From contig JANXCP010000001.1 of NCBI GenBank assembly GCA_025060245.1, positions 244 through 64,243 on the forward strand: a stretch of DNA of 64,000 bases, read 5' to 3'. Source of the DNA: Thermoanaerobaculum sp. (lineage in GTDB: Bacteria; Acidobacteriota; Thermoanaerobaculia; Thermoanaerobaculales; Thermoanaerobaculaceae). Position numbers and translations under genes: made by a program. Below are positions 1 to 8,651 of the stretch, piece by piece (positions within the stretch are counted from its first letter, which is position 1; every line of letters begins with the position of its first letter). The notes beneath the pieces were generated by a model. It searched no databases. It worked only from the letters and a program-made list of their open reading frames with translations, and had not been told where the DNA came from.

Positions 1-750
1 GTAGATCACCGTGCCCGGCTCAATGGTGAGGGTGGCATTGCGCACCGCCACGAAGTCCCGCAGGCGGTAGGCGCGGGTGTTCACCCAGGTGGTGTTGGAG
101 GTGATGGCCCCGCTTACCTCTACGGTTTGCGTGACGAAGCTGTACATGGCGTTGCTACGGGCCAACAGGCGACGACCCGCTGCATCCCGCACCTCCAGCA
201 CGAACTGGAAAAGACCGGGCGTGGAGGGGGCAACAAAGGAGGGGCCCAAGGCACCGTTCACGCCAAAACCGTCCTGGGTGCCGTCGGCGGCGGAGCCAAA
301 GAGGACGAAGTCCTCCAGCTTGGGAAGGTACACCGGCGTGGGTGTGGTCTCGCTGCCAAAGAGGTCTCGCGGCTGTGTTTGGAAGGCGCCAGTGCGCAGG
401 GAATAGTACTCCTTCGCCCCCGTGTTCCGGTCCTGGCGGTACAGGTAAAGGGTTACAGGCCAGACCCACCCGTTAGGATCCATGCTCACGCGCAGCTGCA
501 GTTTTTGCCCGGGTTCAAAGGTGTAGTAATTGGTCTCCAACAGCACGATGGGGTAATTGGTGGAAGTGGTGGTGGGGGCAGCGCCCAAATCCTCCACCTG
601 AACCCAAGCAGGCTCAGCCCAGAAGGAGCCGGGAGGGGGGGTCAGGAGGACCTCCCACTGGTCCAGCTTCCCTTGGGGAGGGCCACCCCAACCTTGTCCT
701 GAGCCTATGACGGAAAGACCGAACAACACCAGAACAAACCAACGGCGCAT
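1..750 (-). CDS. Secreted protein of unknown function; N-terminal 250 codons only, the C-terminus runs off the window
   Basis: Absent from the ORF track because it is open at the window edge. I checked all 250 reverse-frame codons by hand and found no stop. The ATG is at 750-748, with AAGGAGGAA a few nt upstream. The N-terminus MRRWFVLVLFGLSVIGSGQG looks like a Sec signal peptide. It starts 22 nt after the stop of the TonB-dependent receptor on the same strand. Confidence 0.6.
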   Translation of the reverse strand, partial: MRRWFVLVLFGLSVIGSGQGWGGPPQGKLDQWEVLLTPPPGSFWAEPAWVQVEDLGAAPTTTSTNYPIVLLETNYYTFEPGQKLQLRVSMDPNGWVWPVTLYLYRQDRNTGAKEYYSLRTGAFQTQPRDLFGSETTPTPVYLPKLEDFVLFGSAADGTQDGFGVNGALGPSFVAPSTPGLFQFVLEVRDAAGRRLLARSNAMYSFVTQTVEVSGAITSNTTWVNTRAYRLRDFVAVRNATLTIEPGTVIY

Positions 751-772
751 GCAGTTCCTCCTTTCTTCCTCG

Positions 773-3529
773 CTATTGCCAGGCGTAGCCGAGCCCAAAG
801 CTCAGCGTACGACCGCTCTTCACGCTTCGCTGGACTTCATTTTTCTGCAGATAGCGCTCGCGCTGGTTGGTGAGGTTGGTGACCGAAAGGGTGAGCTCCA
901 GTCCGGGGATGAGGCGGCGCAAGGATTGCTTGAACAAGAAATCCCACGTGCCACTGCTGTCTTCGTAAATGTCCGGCAAGCCGTAGGCTCCCACTTCCGA
1001 GAGGCGACGCCCGGTGAAGTTGTACAGCACCCGCGCCAAGGTGTCCCATTGCGGGTAGTGGTATTCCAGGATGGCGTTGAACACGTGCTTGGCCTGGCCT
1101 TCCAGGGGGCGAGTTGTGCTGGTGACCACCGAGAGGGCCTGGCGCGGGACCGTGACCTGCGAGTCCACATAGGCGTAGTTGAAGTTACCGAAAAAGTTCC
1201 GCAGGCTCCCGTGGAGCACGGCCAGGGAGCGGCGGTACTCCAGCTCTACGCCTTTGAGGGTGGCCTGCTGGGCGTTGGTCCAAGAGCTGCGCAACTCGGT
1301 CGTGGGTTGAATGATGCGCTCAATGGGGTTTTGGATGCGCTTATAAAACACCGACGCTGCCATGACCTCCAGGGAGGTGGGGAAGCTTTCCCAGCGTAGC
1401 TCCACGGCGTCCAGCAGGCTGCGCTTGAGGTTGGGATTGCCAACAACAGAGCGACCTCCGGTGAGCTCCACGAAGGCAAAGGGAGAGAGCTCGCGGAATT
1501 CCGGCCGGTTGACCGTGCGGCTGGCCGCCAGGCGCAAGTTGGTGCGCTGGGACAGAGAGTAGGTTAGGTTCAGGGCAGGCAAGAGGTCGCGGTTCTCCAA
1601 GCGGGCGATGACCGGGTTCTTGGTGTCAAAGGGGTTGACCGTCACCACCTCTTGCACCGCCTCTTCCAGCCGCAACCCCAGCAGGGCGCGGAAACGACCG
1701 TGGGTGAAGTCCGCTTGGGCGAATCCGGCGTCCAGCCGCTGCTCGCCGGTGTAGGCGTCGTTGATTCCCGTCACCTCGCGCAGCTCAAACCCATCGGGGC
1801 GAATGTGAGAGGGCTGGAACAACAGCTCCGGGGGCAGGGAAAGGTCAAACTGGTTGGGGTTGCTGGTGACGAACTTGAAACGGCGCGCCAGGAACTCCCG
1901 CTCGCGGCGGAGGAAGTTCGCGCCCGCCTTGACGGCGGCGTAGGTGTTGGTGCTCACGGAAAAGTAAGAAGTGGTCGTCAAGGATGCGTCGGTGATCCGA
2001 TCATCCAACCGGTAAAACTCCATCTTCCCCACCTCGGGGTAGCCCACTAAGAGCCGGAACACCCCATCCCCGCCTAAGCCGTACAGGTTTTCCCGCAGAT
2101 CTCCGCGGTTGGCTGCCTGACCCTTGGCCAGCTTCCATTCCACAGCCAGCCCCTGCCCAACACCGGGGAGAAAGTGTTCCCCCACCAGTTGGTGGGTTAC
2201 CAGGTCCTCACGGGTGTGGCGGGCGCGGAGATCACGGATGAAGTTGCCCGAGTTGGAGTTATAGCCTTCCTGGGTGCGGTCCGAGTTCCGCGCCAGGCGG
2301 CTGGCCAGCGAGGTAAAGCGAAGGCTGTGCTGCGGGTGGAGTTTCCACGCCAAGGAACCGAAAAGACCCCAACGAACCTGTTCCCCAAAGGTGACCAGGT
2401 CGTAGTCGTTGATGGGCACCATCCTGCCCCCGTCAAGGCCGAAGAAGCGCTGCTCCTCCACGCTCTTGGTGAAGTTGTGGGATTGGGTGGCGGAAACGAC
2501 GATCCCCACCGGCCCAAAGGAGCGACCAAAAGAGAGCCCAAAGGAACGATTTGGGGGTGCTGACCCTTGAGGCTGGCCTCGCCAGCTTCCCGCCAGGGAC
2601 CGTCCAAGGGCTTGCAGCTGCTCCGGGCTCAACCCGGATGGGTTAAAACGGCTGGCGCGGGTGATGAAGTTCCGGGGGAAGTTTGGCGGCAGGGGCTGGC
2701 CACCTGTGCCGCTGAAGCTGAGCCCTCCGGCGTAGCGGGGAAAGGCGCCCCCGTTAGCTTGGGAGTTGGCGCCTGAGCCAACGCGCAAGGAGAAGACGGT
2801 GTTTTGCGGCCACTCCAGGGTGGAGAGGTTGACCAAACCGCCACCGAAGCTTCCCGGCAGATCGGGGGCGTAAGACTTAAGGATGGTCACCTGCTCCAGC
2901 AGCCGAGTGGGAAAGAGGTCCAGGGGCACCAAGCGCTTTTCCGTTTCGCTGGAAGGGAGTTCGGTGCCGTTGAGGAGCACTGTGGAGTACCGTTCGCCCA
3001 AACCGCGGACGTACACGTAACGATTGGCCACGGTGGTTACACCGGTGACCCGCTGCATGGCCGATGCGGCATCGGCATCAGGGGTTTTCCCCATGTCCTC
3101 CTGGGAAAGGCCTTCGGATACCAGAGGGCTTTGCCGCCGCTCCTCCAACAGGCGCTCCACCCCGGTGGTGGGTCGTTCGGCCTGCACCACCACCTCCTCC
3201 TGGAATTGCGCCCCTTGCAGCGCCAAGGTCACCTGGGCAGGGGAGCCCGCGCCCACGTTCACCTCGGCCTCGGCTTCCCCGAGCCCGGTAAGACTTGCTT
3301 TCACGCGATAAGTTCCGGGAGCCACACCGGCGAAGACAAAGTTTCCTTGAACGTCCGTCCAGGTTTCTTGCAGCGTCTGGTCGTTTTGGTTCAACAAGAC
3401 AGTGGCACCCGGTAGCGGCTCCCCTGCGGGATCCCGCACCACCCCGCGGATTTCCCCGGAAGGCACCTGGCCCCCCAGGGTGCCCACACTCACTGCCAGG
3501 GTCATCAAAGCCACGGTGATCCATTTCAT
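773..3529 (-). CDS. TonB-dependent outer-membrane receptor with an N-terminal carboxypeptidase-regulatory-like domain
   Basis: 918 aa with signal peptide MKWITVALMTLAVSVGTLGG. A CarboxypepD_reg-like segment (GVVRDPAGEPLPGATVLL...GNFVFAGVAPGTYRV) is followed by a plug-like segment (VTGVTTVANRYVYVRGLGERYSTVLLNG) and a long beta-barrel. The C-terminus has the aromatic end typical of outer-membrane proteins (SFGLGYAWQ). Confidence 0.85.
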   Translation of the reverse strand: MKWITVALMTLAVSVGTLGGQVPSGEIRGVVRDPAGEPLPGATVLLNQNDQTLQETWTDVQGNFVFAGVAPGTYRVKASLTGLGEAEAEVNVGAGSPAQVTLALQGAQFQEEVVVQAERPTTGVERLLEERRQSPLVSEGLSQEDMGKTPDADAASAMQRVTGVTTVANRYVYVRGLGERYSTVLLNGTELPSSETEKRLVPLDLFPTRLLEQVTILKSYAPDLPGSFGGGLVNLSTLEWPQNTVFSLRVGSGANSQANGGAFPRYAGGLSFSGTGGQPLPPNFPRNFITRASRFNPSGLSPEQLQALGRSLAGSWRGQPQGSAPPNRSFGLSFGRSFGPVGIVVSATQSHNFTKSVEEQRFFGLDGGRMVPINDYDLVTFGEQVRWGLFGSLAWKLHPQHSLRFTSLASRLARNSDRTQEGYNSNSGNFIRDLRARHTREDLVTHQLVGEHFLPGVGQGLAVEWKLAKGQAANRGDLRENLYGLGGDGVFRLLVGYPEVGKMEFYRLDDRITDASLTTTSYFSVSTNTYAAVKAGANFLRREREFLARRFKFVTSNPNQFDLSLPPELLFQPSHIRPDGFELREVTGINDAYTGEQRLDAGFAQADFTHGRFRALLGLRLEEAVQEVVTVNPFDTKNPVIARLENRDLLPALNLTYSLSQRTNLRLAASRTVNRPEFRELSPFAFVELTGGRSVVGNPNLKRSLLDAVELRWESFPTSLEVMAASVFYKRIQNPIERIIQPTTELRSSWTNAQQATLKGVELEYRRSLAVLHGSLRNFFGNFNYAYVDSQVTVPRQALSVVTSTTRPLEGQAKHVFNAILEYHYPQWDTLARVLYNFTGRRLSEVGAYGLPDIYEDSSGTWDFLFKQSLRRLIPGLELTLSVTNLTNQRERYLQKNEVQRSVKSGRTLSFGLGYAWQ

Positions 3530-3645
3530 AGAAGCCTCCCCGCGGCACGTTGCCGCACCTTAAGGCTCGGCCAGAGGTGTGAAAGCCAGTCGTCAGCACT
3601 GTGAAGGTGCTTTGAAGCTGGGCTCTCGGCTATACTGGCACGGGT

Positions 3646-4356
3646 ATGTTTCCGCTCCGAGACTCCATCCCCTCTGCCAGGCCGCCCGTGGTGAGCGTGC
3701 TGATCATCGTTGCCTGTGTGGTAGCTTTTTTTTACGAGCTGCTACTGGGTCGGCACTTGGAAAGGTTTCTCTTTGCCTACGCCTTTGTGCCAGTGCGCTT
3801 CTTTTACCCCGAGGCCTTTGACGCAAGCTTCGCTTTTAATTTGTTTACCCTGGTTTTTTCCATGTTCCTGCACGGCGGTTGGCTCCACCTCATTGGCAAC
3901 ATGTGGTTCTTGTGGGTGTTTGGGGACAACGTGGAGGATGCCCTAGGTCATGGGCGTTTTTTTCTGTTCTATTTGGTATGCGGGGCCGTGGCAGCCCTCA
4001 CCCAAGGCCTGGTGGAACCTGGATCCCGGGTACCAATGATTGGCGCTTCCGGGGCCATCGCCGGGGTGCTGGGCGCCTACCTTCTATGGTTTCCCTGGTC
4101 ACGGATCAAGAGCCTGGTGTTTTTGGGCTTCTTCGTCACGATGACCGAGCTTCCCGCACCGGTGTTTCTCATCCTGTGGTTCATCATCCAGTTTTTTTCC
4201 GGCACCCTGTCCCTGGCCGCTGCGGGGGGTGCCGGCGGTGGCGTGGCGTGGTTTGCCCACATTGGGGGTTTTCTGGCCGGGGCGACCTTAGCCTGGTGGC
4301 TCCGGCGACGTGGTCATGTCCGCCCTGCCCCGCGATACTTCGCCTTTTGGGAGTGA
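3646..4356 (+). CDS. Rhomboid-family intramembrane serine protease
   Basis: Polytopic membrane protein with the rhomboid motifs HGGWLHLIGNMWFLWVFG, GASGAIAGVLGAY (catalytic Ser) and AHIGGFLAG (catalytic His). Confidence 0.9.
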   Translation: MFPLRDSIPSARPPVVSVLIIVACVVAFFYELLLGRHLERFLFAYAFVPVRFFYPEAFDASFAFNLFTLVFSMFLHGGWLHLIGNMWFLWVFGDNVEDALGHGRFFLFYLVCGAVAALTQGLVEPGSRVPMIGASGAIAGVLGAYLLWFPWSRIKSLVFLGFFVTMTELPAPVFLILWFIIQFFSGTLSLAAAGGAGGGVAWFAHIGGFLAGATLAWWLRRRGHVRPAPRYFAFWE

Positions 4357-4359
4357 ACC

Positions 4360-5481
4360 GTGAGCCAAGGAGCGATCCCTCTGTTTACCCTAGCCCGTCA
4401 ATGGCCTACTGTGGAGCAGGATGTGCGGCAAGCCCTAGAACGGGTGTTCGCCACTCAGCAGTTCATTCTGGGCCCGGAGGTGGAGGCTTTTGAACGCGAG
4501 GTGGCGGCGTTCTTGGGAGTCCGCTTTGCGGTGGGGGTTTCGTCGGGAACGGATGCCCTCTTGGCGGCCCTCATGGCCCTGGGTGTGGGCCCAGGAGATG
4601 AGGTGATCACCTCGCCCTTTACCTTTTTTGCTACGGCGGGAACCGTGGCGCGCTTGGGTGCCCGTCCGGTTTTCGTGGATATTGCCCCGGAGGATTTCAA
4701 CCTGGATCCCCGCCAACTTCACCAGGCCCTCACGCAAAAAACCAAGGCCATCATCCCTGTCCACCTCTTTGGTCAGGCGGCGGATGTGGACGCCATCCTC
4801 CAAGCCGCCCCCCACGTTCCCCTGGTGGAGGACTGTGCCCAGGCCATTGGCAGCAGCTACAGGGGCCGCTTGGTGGGGGGGTTAGGCAGGTTGGGTTGCT
4901 TTTCTTTTTTCCCCACCAAGAACTTGGGGGCCTTTGGCGATGGCGGCTTGGTGACCACCAACGACGAGACCTTGGCCCAGCTTCTGGTGGACCTGCGGGT
5001 TCACGGCATGCGCCCGCGGTATATCCACCACACGGTGGGGGGAAACTTCCGCCTGGACGCCTTACAAGCGGCGGTGTTACGCGCCAAGCTACCCTACCTT
5101 CCCCAATGGAACCAGGCGCGGCGGGAAAACGCGCGGCGCTACCGCGAGCTTTTTGCCGCAGCGGGTCTTTCCGAGCTGGTGCAGCTACCGCAGGAACTCC
5201 CTGAACGGCTGCACACCTACCACCAGTACGTGGTGCGCGTGCCGCGGCGCGACGAACTACGCGCCTTTTTGGCCGAGCGCGGCATCGGTACCGAGGTGTA
5301 CTACCCCATACCCCTGCACTTGCAACAGTGTTTTGCCTACCTGGGCTACGGCCCCGGCTCCTTTCCCCAGGCTGAGCGGGCTTCCCAGGAGGTCCTTGCC
5401 CTCCCCATCTTCCCCGAGCTCTTGCCGGCGGAGCAGGAACGGGTGGTAGAAGCCATCGCGCAGTTTTTTGGCAAAGGGTGA
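4360..5481 (+). CDS. DegT/DnrJ/EryC1/StrS-family PLP-dependent sugar aminotransferase
   Basis: 373 aa with the family-typical N-terminus (FILGPEVEAFEREVAAFLG...GVSSGTDALLAALMALGVGPGDEVITSPFTFFATA). GTG start lies 4 nt after the rhomboid stop. Confidence 0.9.
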   Translation: MSQGAIPLFTLARQWPTVEQDVRQALERVFATQQFILGPEVEAFEREVAAFLGVRFAVGVSSGTDALLAALMALGVGPGDEVITSPFTFFATAGTVARLGARPVFVDIAPEDFNLDPRQLHQALTQKTKAIIPVHLFGQAADVDAILQAAPHVPLVEDCAQAIGSSYRGRLVGGLGRLGCFSFFPTKNLGAFGDGGLVTTNDETLAQLLVDLRVHGMRPRYIHHTVGGNFRLDALQAAVLRAKLPYLPQWNQARRENARRYRELFAAAGLSELVQLPQELPERLHTYHQYVVRVPRRDELRAFLAERGIGTEVYYPIPLHLQQCFAYLGYGPGSFPQAERASQEVLALPIFPELLPAEQERVVEAIAQFFGKG

Positions 5482-5655
5482 GTGAACGCCACCGTTGGCT
5501 GCGGCTGACCTGAGCCCAGGGCGCCCAATAGGGCCTGCGCTGCTGGCTACCCTCGGGGCCTACATGGTTGAAGTGCCCGCGCCCCTGGCGGGGTATTATG
5601 CCAGTGAGCTGCTGCTGCCACGTTGGCGAGGGGCGCGAGCTGGGTAGGGCATGCC

Positions 5656-6324
5656 ATGGCTCATCAAACTGGTGGCGGGGCGGATCTGCACAGGGTGCGG
5701 CGATACCTCCGCGCCGCGGTGAGGGCGGCCAAGTGCCACCCCTGTGGGTGCTTCCACGAGGCGGTGGAGGAACTGGAGCGTGAGTTCGGCCATGTCGGAG
5801 AAGTGGAAGAGCTGCTGGCGCAAGCCAAAGAGCACCTGAAGCCAAAAACATACGACTGTTTGGGTTGCAGCGTGTGCTGGCCCGCTTTGGCGGTAAGTAG
5901 GGCCAGCGCGGTTCCCCCGCGCCTACCCGTGGCTGCGGGGGCTGATGGCCCTGCTGGTTCAGGCTCCCCAGAGGGCTGGCCGCTCCTCCCCGGGACCTAC
6001 TGGGTCTTGCATTGGCGGGCCCCCGTGGCCCTATGCACCCTTCACAGCGAGACCTTAGCCGAGAAGCTTTGGCGCTTGAGGCCGCCGGGTTTGGCCATCG
6101 TAGGCACGTTGCACACAGAAAATCTGGGGATTGAAAGACTCATCCTGAACGTACAGAGCAACCCCCACATCCGTTTCCTCATCCTCTGCGGCGAAGACAG
6201 CCGACAGGTGGTGGGCCATCTCCCAGGCCAATCCCTTTTCAGCCTCATGGCCAACGGCGTGGACTCGGAGGGCAGGATCGTTGGTGCTCAAGGACGGCGC
6301 CCCTTCTTGAAAAACCTCTCCTGA
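5656..6324 (+). CDS. MtrA-like (tetrahydromethanopterin S-methyltransferase subunit A family) corrinoid-domain protein with a Cys-rich N-terminal module; ends at an in-frame TGA
   Basis: The motif block GTLHTENLGIERLILNVQSNPHIRFLILCGEDS...GHLPGQSLFSLMANGVD...RIVGAQGRRPFLKNLS matches my memory of the MtrA family. The N-terminus carries CHPCGC and DCLGCSVC. I prefer the ATG at 5656 over the track's TTG at 5623. The stop TGA at 6322-6324 is in frame with the next ORF. Confidence 0.6.
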   Translation: MAHQTGGGADLHRVRRYLRAAVRAAKCHPCGCFHEAVEELEREFGHVGEVEELLAQAKEHLKPKTYDCLGCSVCWPALAVSRASAVPPRLPVAAGADGPAGSGSPEGWPLLPGTYWVLHWRAPVALCTLHSETLAEKLWRLRPPGLAIVGTLHTENLGIERLILNVQSNPHIRFLILCGEDSRQVVGHLPGQSLFSLMANGVDSEGRIVGAQGRRPFLKNLS

Positions 6325-6330
6325 GAGCAG

Positions 6331-6807
6331 GTGCAAGCTTTCCGGCGCCAGGTCACGGGTGTGAACCTCATTGGGGAAACAGACCTCTCGCAGATCCTGG
6401 AAGCGGTAAAGCGTTGTGCGGCAAGCCACCCGGGTCCGTTTTCCTCATCCGCGGCCGGGGTACGTCTGGAGGTTATTGAGGGGTGCGGGGCTCCCGCTCC
6501 GGGGTTGGACCCTGCTGGGTTCTTCGTCGTCTACCCCGAGCCGCGAAGGCAGAGCCTGATACTGGAGCACTACACCAATGAGGGCCTGCTCACCGGCGTG
6601 TTTGAGGCAACAACCCCGGAGGCCCTTTACAACGCTGCCATCCAGCGTGGTCTGGTGAGCCGCCTGGACCACGCCGCCTACCTGGGGCGGGAGTTGGCGC
6701 GAGCCGAGGCAGCGATGCGCCACGGCGAGCGCTACGTCCAAGACGGCTTCACGACCATGTCCCCTTTGGGGTCCCCGAGGCTGAGGGGCTGCACATGTAA
6801 GAAGTGA
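6331..6807 (+). CDS. Continuation of the MtrA-like domain plus a DUF4346-like C-terminal domain; same frame as the preceding ORF
   Basis: Starts with FRRQVTGVNLIGETDLSQILEAV, which looks like the C-terminal part of an MtrA domain. This is followed by DPAGFFVVYPE...ILEHY...HAAYLGRELARAEAAMRHGERYVQD, which is DUF4346-like. 6331 minus 5623 is 708, a multiple of 3, so the frame is the same as the upstream ORF. Confidence 0.55.
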   Translation: MQAFRRQVTGVNLIGETDLSQILEAVKRCAASHPGPFSSSAAGVRLEVIEGCGAPAPGLDPAGFFVVYPEPRRQSLILEHYTNEGLLTGVFEATTPEALYNAAIQRGLVSRLDHAAYLGRELARAEAAMRHGERYVQDGFTTMSPLGSPRLRGCTCKK

Positions 6808-6858
6808 GGCGAGCCGCCGCGGGAGCGGCCCAGCGGGTTTTCGCCCGCCTCTGCCCGT

Positions 6859-8511
6859 TCAACGCCGTGGAAGGTGCGCGGCGGCAGGGTTTGGGCCGAG
6901 GAACTGTTGGGCGAAGGCGCGTGGGGAAAGCTCAGTGCCAGTGGAATGCCGCACGAACTCGCGCCAAGGCAAGCTGGCGCCCGGGGCAAAAACGCGCTTC
7001 TTGAAGAATTCCCCCACCTTCGGGTTGTTGACGTACACCACCTGCCGGGGATCCTGGCCAGGGAAGAGCTGAGCCACCAAGGCGGCGTGGAGCTGTGAGG
7101 CGTAAAGGTCACCGAGACAGTAGTTGTGGTAGTACACCGGTGCGGAAACGATGTGGATCTTACTCGCCCAGGTGCCCTTTGGCGCCTCCGCGGGGCGTTT
7201 GAGCCCCTGGTAACGTTCCACCAGCGACCACCACAGGGTGTCCAAATCCTGCTCGGGATTCTCGTACAAGCCCTTTTCAAAACGCAGCATGACCTGGCAC
7301 CAGCGAGAAAAAATGAGGGCTTGGGCACGCAGCTTTTCCTCCATCACCGGGGCAAAATCCCCCAGTCGCTCCCGGTCAATGAGGCCCAAAGCTGCGTAAA
7401 AGTGCGCGTTTTGGGCCAACCTCCCGAAGAGCATGGCCACCCCTTCAGTGGCGAAAATGTGGGCTTCAGCGCGGAGAAAGTAGGGAAGGGAGCGGTCCAG
7501 GTAGTAGCTGTAAACCCCGTGGCCGAGCTCGTGCAGCATCGTGTCAAACCAGTACTGGTTGGGCTTGATGTTGGCGAGGATGCGCACGTCCCCCTGCCGG
7601 TCAATGTCGGTGGAGAAGGCATGGGGGTTTTTCCCGGGTCGCTCAAACAAATCTGAGCGGGCCAAAATCGGCTGGGGATCCAGCCCAATCCCCTGGAAAA
7701 AATTGGCCACCAGCGCCACCAGGTCCCGGTCTTTCAGCGGAGTGTCCAGGTCCACCGGCGAGAGGTTGGGGGCTTCCTGAAAGAAGCGGTCGGTGTAATC
7801 CCAAGGCATCAGCTCTGCCGGGTTAACGCCCAACTTTTGCCCCTGGAATGCATCAATGCGCTCCTTGAGCTGGGCGAAGGGCTGGCGGGTCAGTTGGTCC
7901 AGTTGGTCAAAGAGGCGGAAAAGCCAACCTTCCTCTTGCTCGTTGAGGGCCAACTGGAGGGCAAAAAAATCGCGAAAGCCCAACTGCCGTGCCGCCTGGT
8001 TGCGCAGTTTCACCAGGGCGACCACGTCCTCCGCCAGCGCTGCCCCCACCTGTTTGGATGCCAACCAGTAGGCTTTGCGTTCCTCCCGCTGGACGGATGT
8101 ACGCAGCACCTCTTCAATTTGGTTGTCGGTCACCTCTTGGCCGTTCACCTGGCCGCGGAAGGTGGCAAACTTTTGCTCTGCCGCGGTGGCTTGGGCAATG
8201 ATCTGCTTGAGCAGTGCCGGATCCAGTTGCCGGCCTAGGAACTTCAGGTAGAGGATGTCCAGTTGCCGGCGCAGTAGGCGGTCCTTCACCACTCCCCTTG
8301 TGCGCAGCTCCTTGAGGTAGGAAAACGCCTGGGGATCGGTGTAGATGGTTTCCAGCTGGGTTTGCAGCTCGGCTTGCCGTGCATAGGCCTCTTCTTTGCC
8401 CGTCGTGGCGGCTTCCCACCAGGCCAGGTTGGCCTCCCGCTCCAGGGGCGCCACCCTCCCTTGGTGCTGCCGCACAAAACCGACAAAACCTTGCTCATTC
8501 AGGGGGAACAT
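6859..8511 (-). CDS. Zinc metallopeptidase, M2 (ACE / peptidyl-dipeptidase A)-like, probably cytoplasmic
   Basis: HELGHGVYSYYLDRSLPYFLRAEAHIFATEGVAMLFG resembles the ACE motif HEMGH...LP..LR......EA.GD. The N-terminal ANLAWWEAATTG is also ACE-like. I trimmed the start to the ATG at 8511 (MFPLNEQ), which has GGAGGAGGGGAG upstream. The longer track ORF runs into the divergent M16 gene. Confidence 0.75.
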   Translation of the reverse strand: MFPLNEQGFVGFVRQHQGRVAPLEREANLAWWEAATTGKEEAYARQAELQTQLETIYTDPQAFSYLKELRTRGVVKDRLLRRQLDILYLKFLGRQLDPALLKQIIAQATAAEQKFATFRGQVNGQEVTDNQIEEVLRTSVQREERKAYWLASKQVGAALAEDVVALVKLRNQAARQLGFRDFFALQLALNEQEEGWLFRLFDQLDQLTRQPFAQLKERIDAFQGQKLGVNPAELMPWDYTDRFFQEAPNLSPVDLDTPLKDRDLVALVANFFQGIGLDPQPILARSDLFERPGKNPHAFSTDIDRQGDVRILANIKPNQYWFDTMLHELGHGVYSYYLDRSLPYFLRAEAHIFATEGVAMLFGRLAQNAHFYAALGLIDRERLGDFAPVMEEKLRAQALIFSRWCQVMLRFEKGLYENPEQDLDTLWWSLVERYQGLKRPAEAPKGTWASKIHIVSAPVYYHNYCLGDLYASQLHAALVAQLFPGQDPRQVVYVNNPKVGEFFKKRVFAPGASLPWREFVRHSTGTELSPRAFAQQFLGPNPAAAHLPRR

Positions 8512-8651
8512 GAACTTCTCCCCTCCTCCGACCAAAGCTAAGGACAAGATGGCGATGACCACTGTCCCACCTCCGGGAAGGAGAGTATAGCTAAGGGCCC
8601 AGCTATAATTGCCTTTTGATGGCGTGGAAACAGGCAAGAAAGGAGCTTTGC

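Noticed and set aside
127-702. Plus-strand ORFs in the first 750 nt (109, 191 and 104 aa).
   Set aside because: They are shadow frames of the open-ended minus-strand gene (1-750), which has a proper RBS, ATG and signal peptide. Their translations are Gly/Arg/Pro-rich and have no features.
6322-6380. Selenocysteine insertion at the in-frame TGA of the MtrA-like gene.
   Set aside because: I only find weak hairpins downstream, with no convincing SECIS-like stem-loop at the usual distance. The position (KNLS_EQ) does not look like a redox-active site. Other genes in the window clearly terminate with TGA. The idea is kept as a low-probability alternative inside the finding, not as a call.
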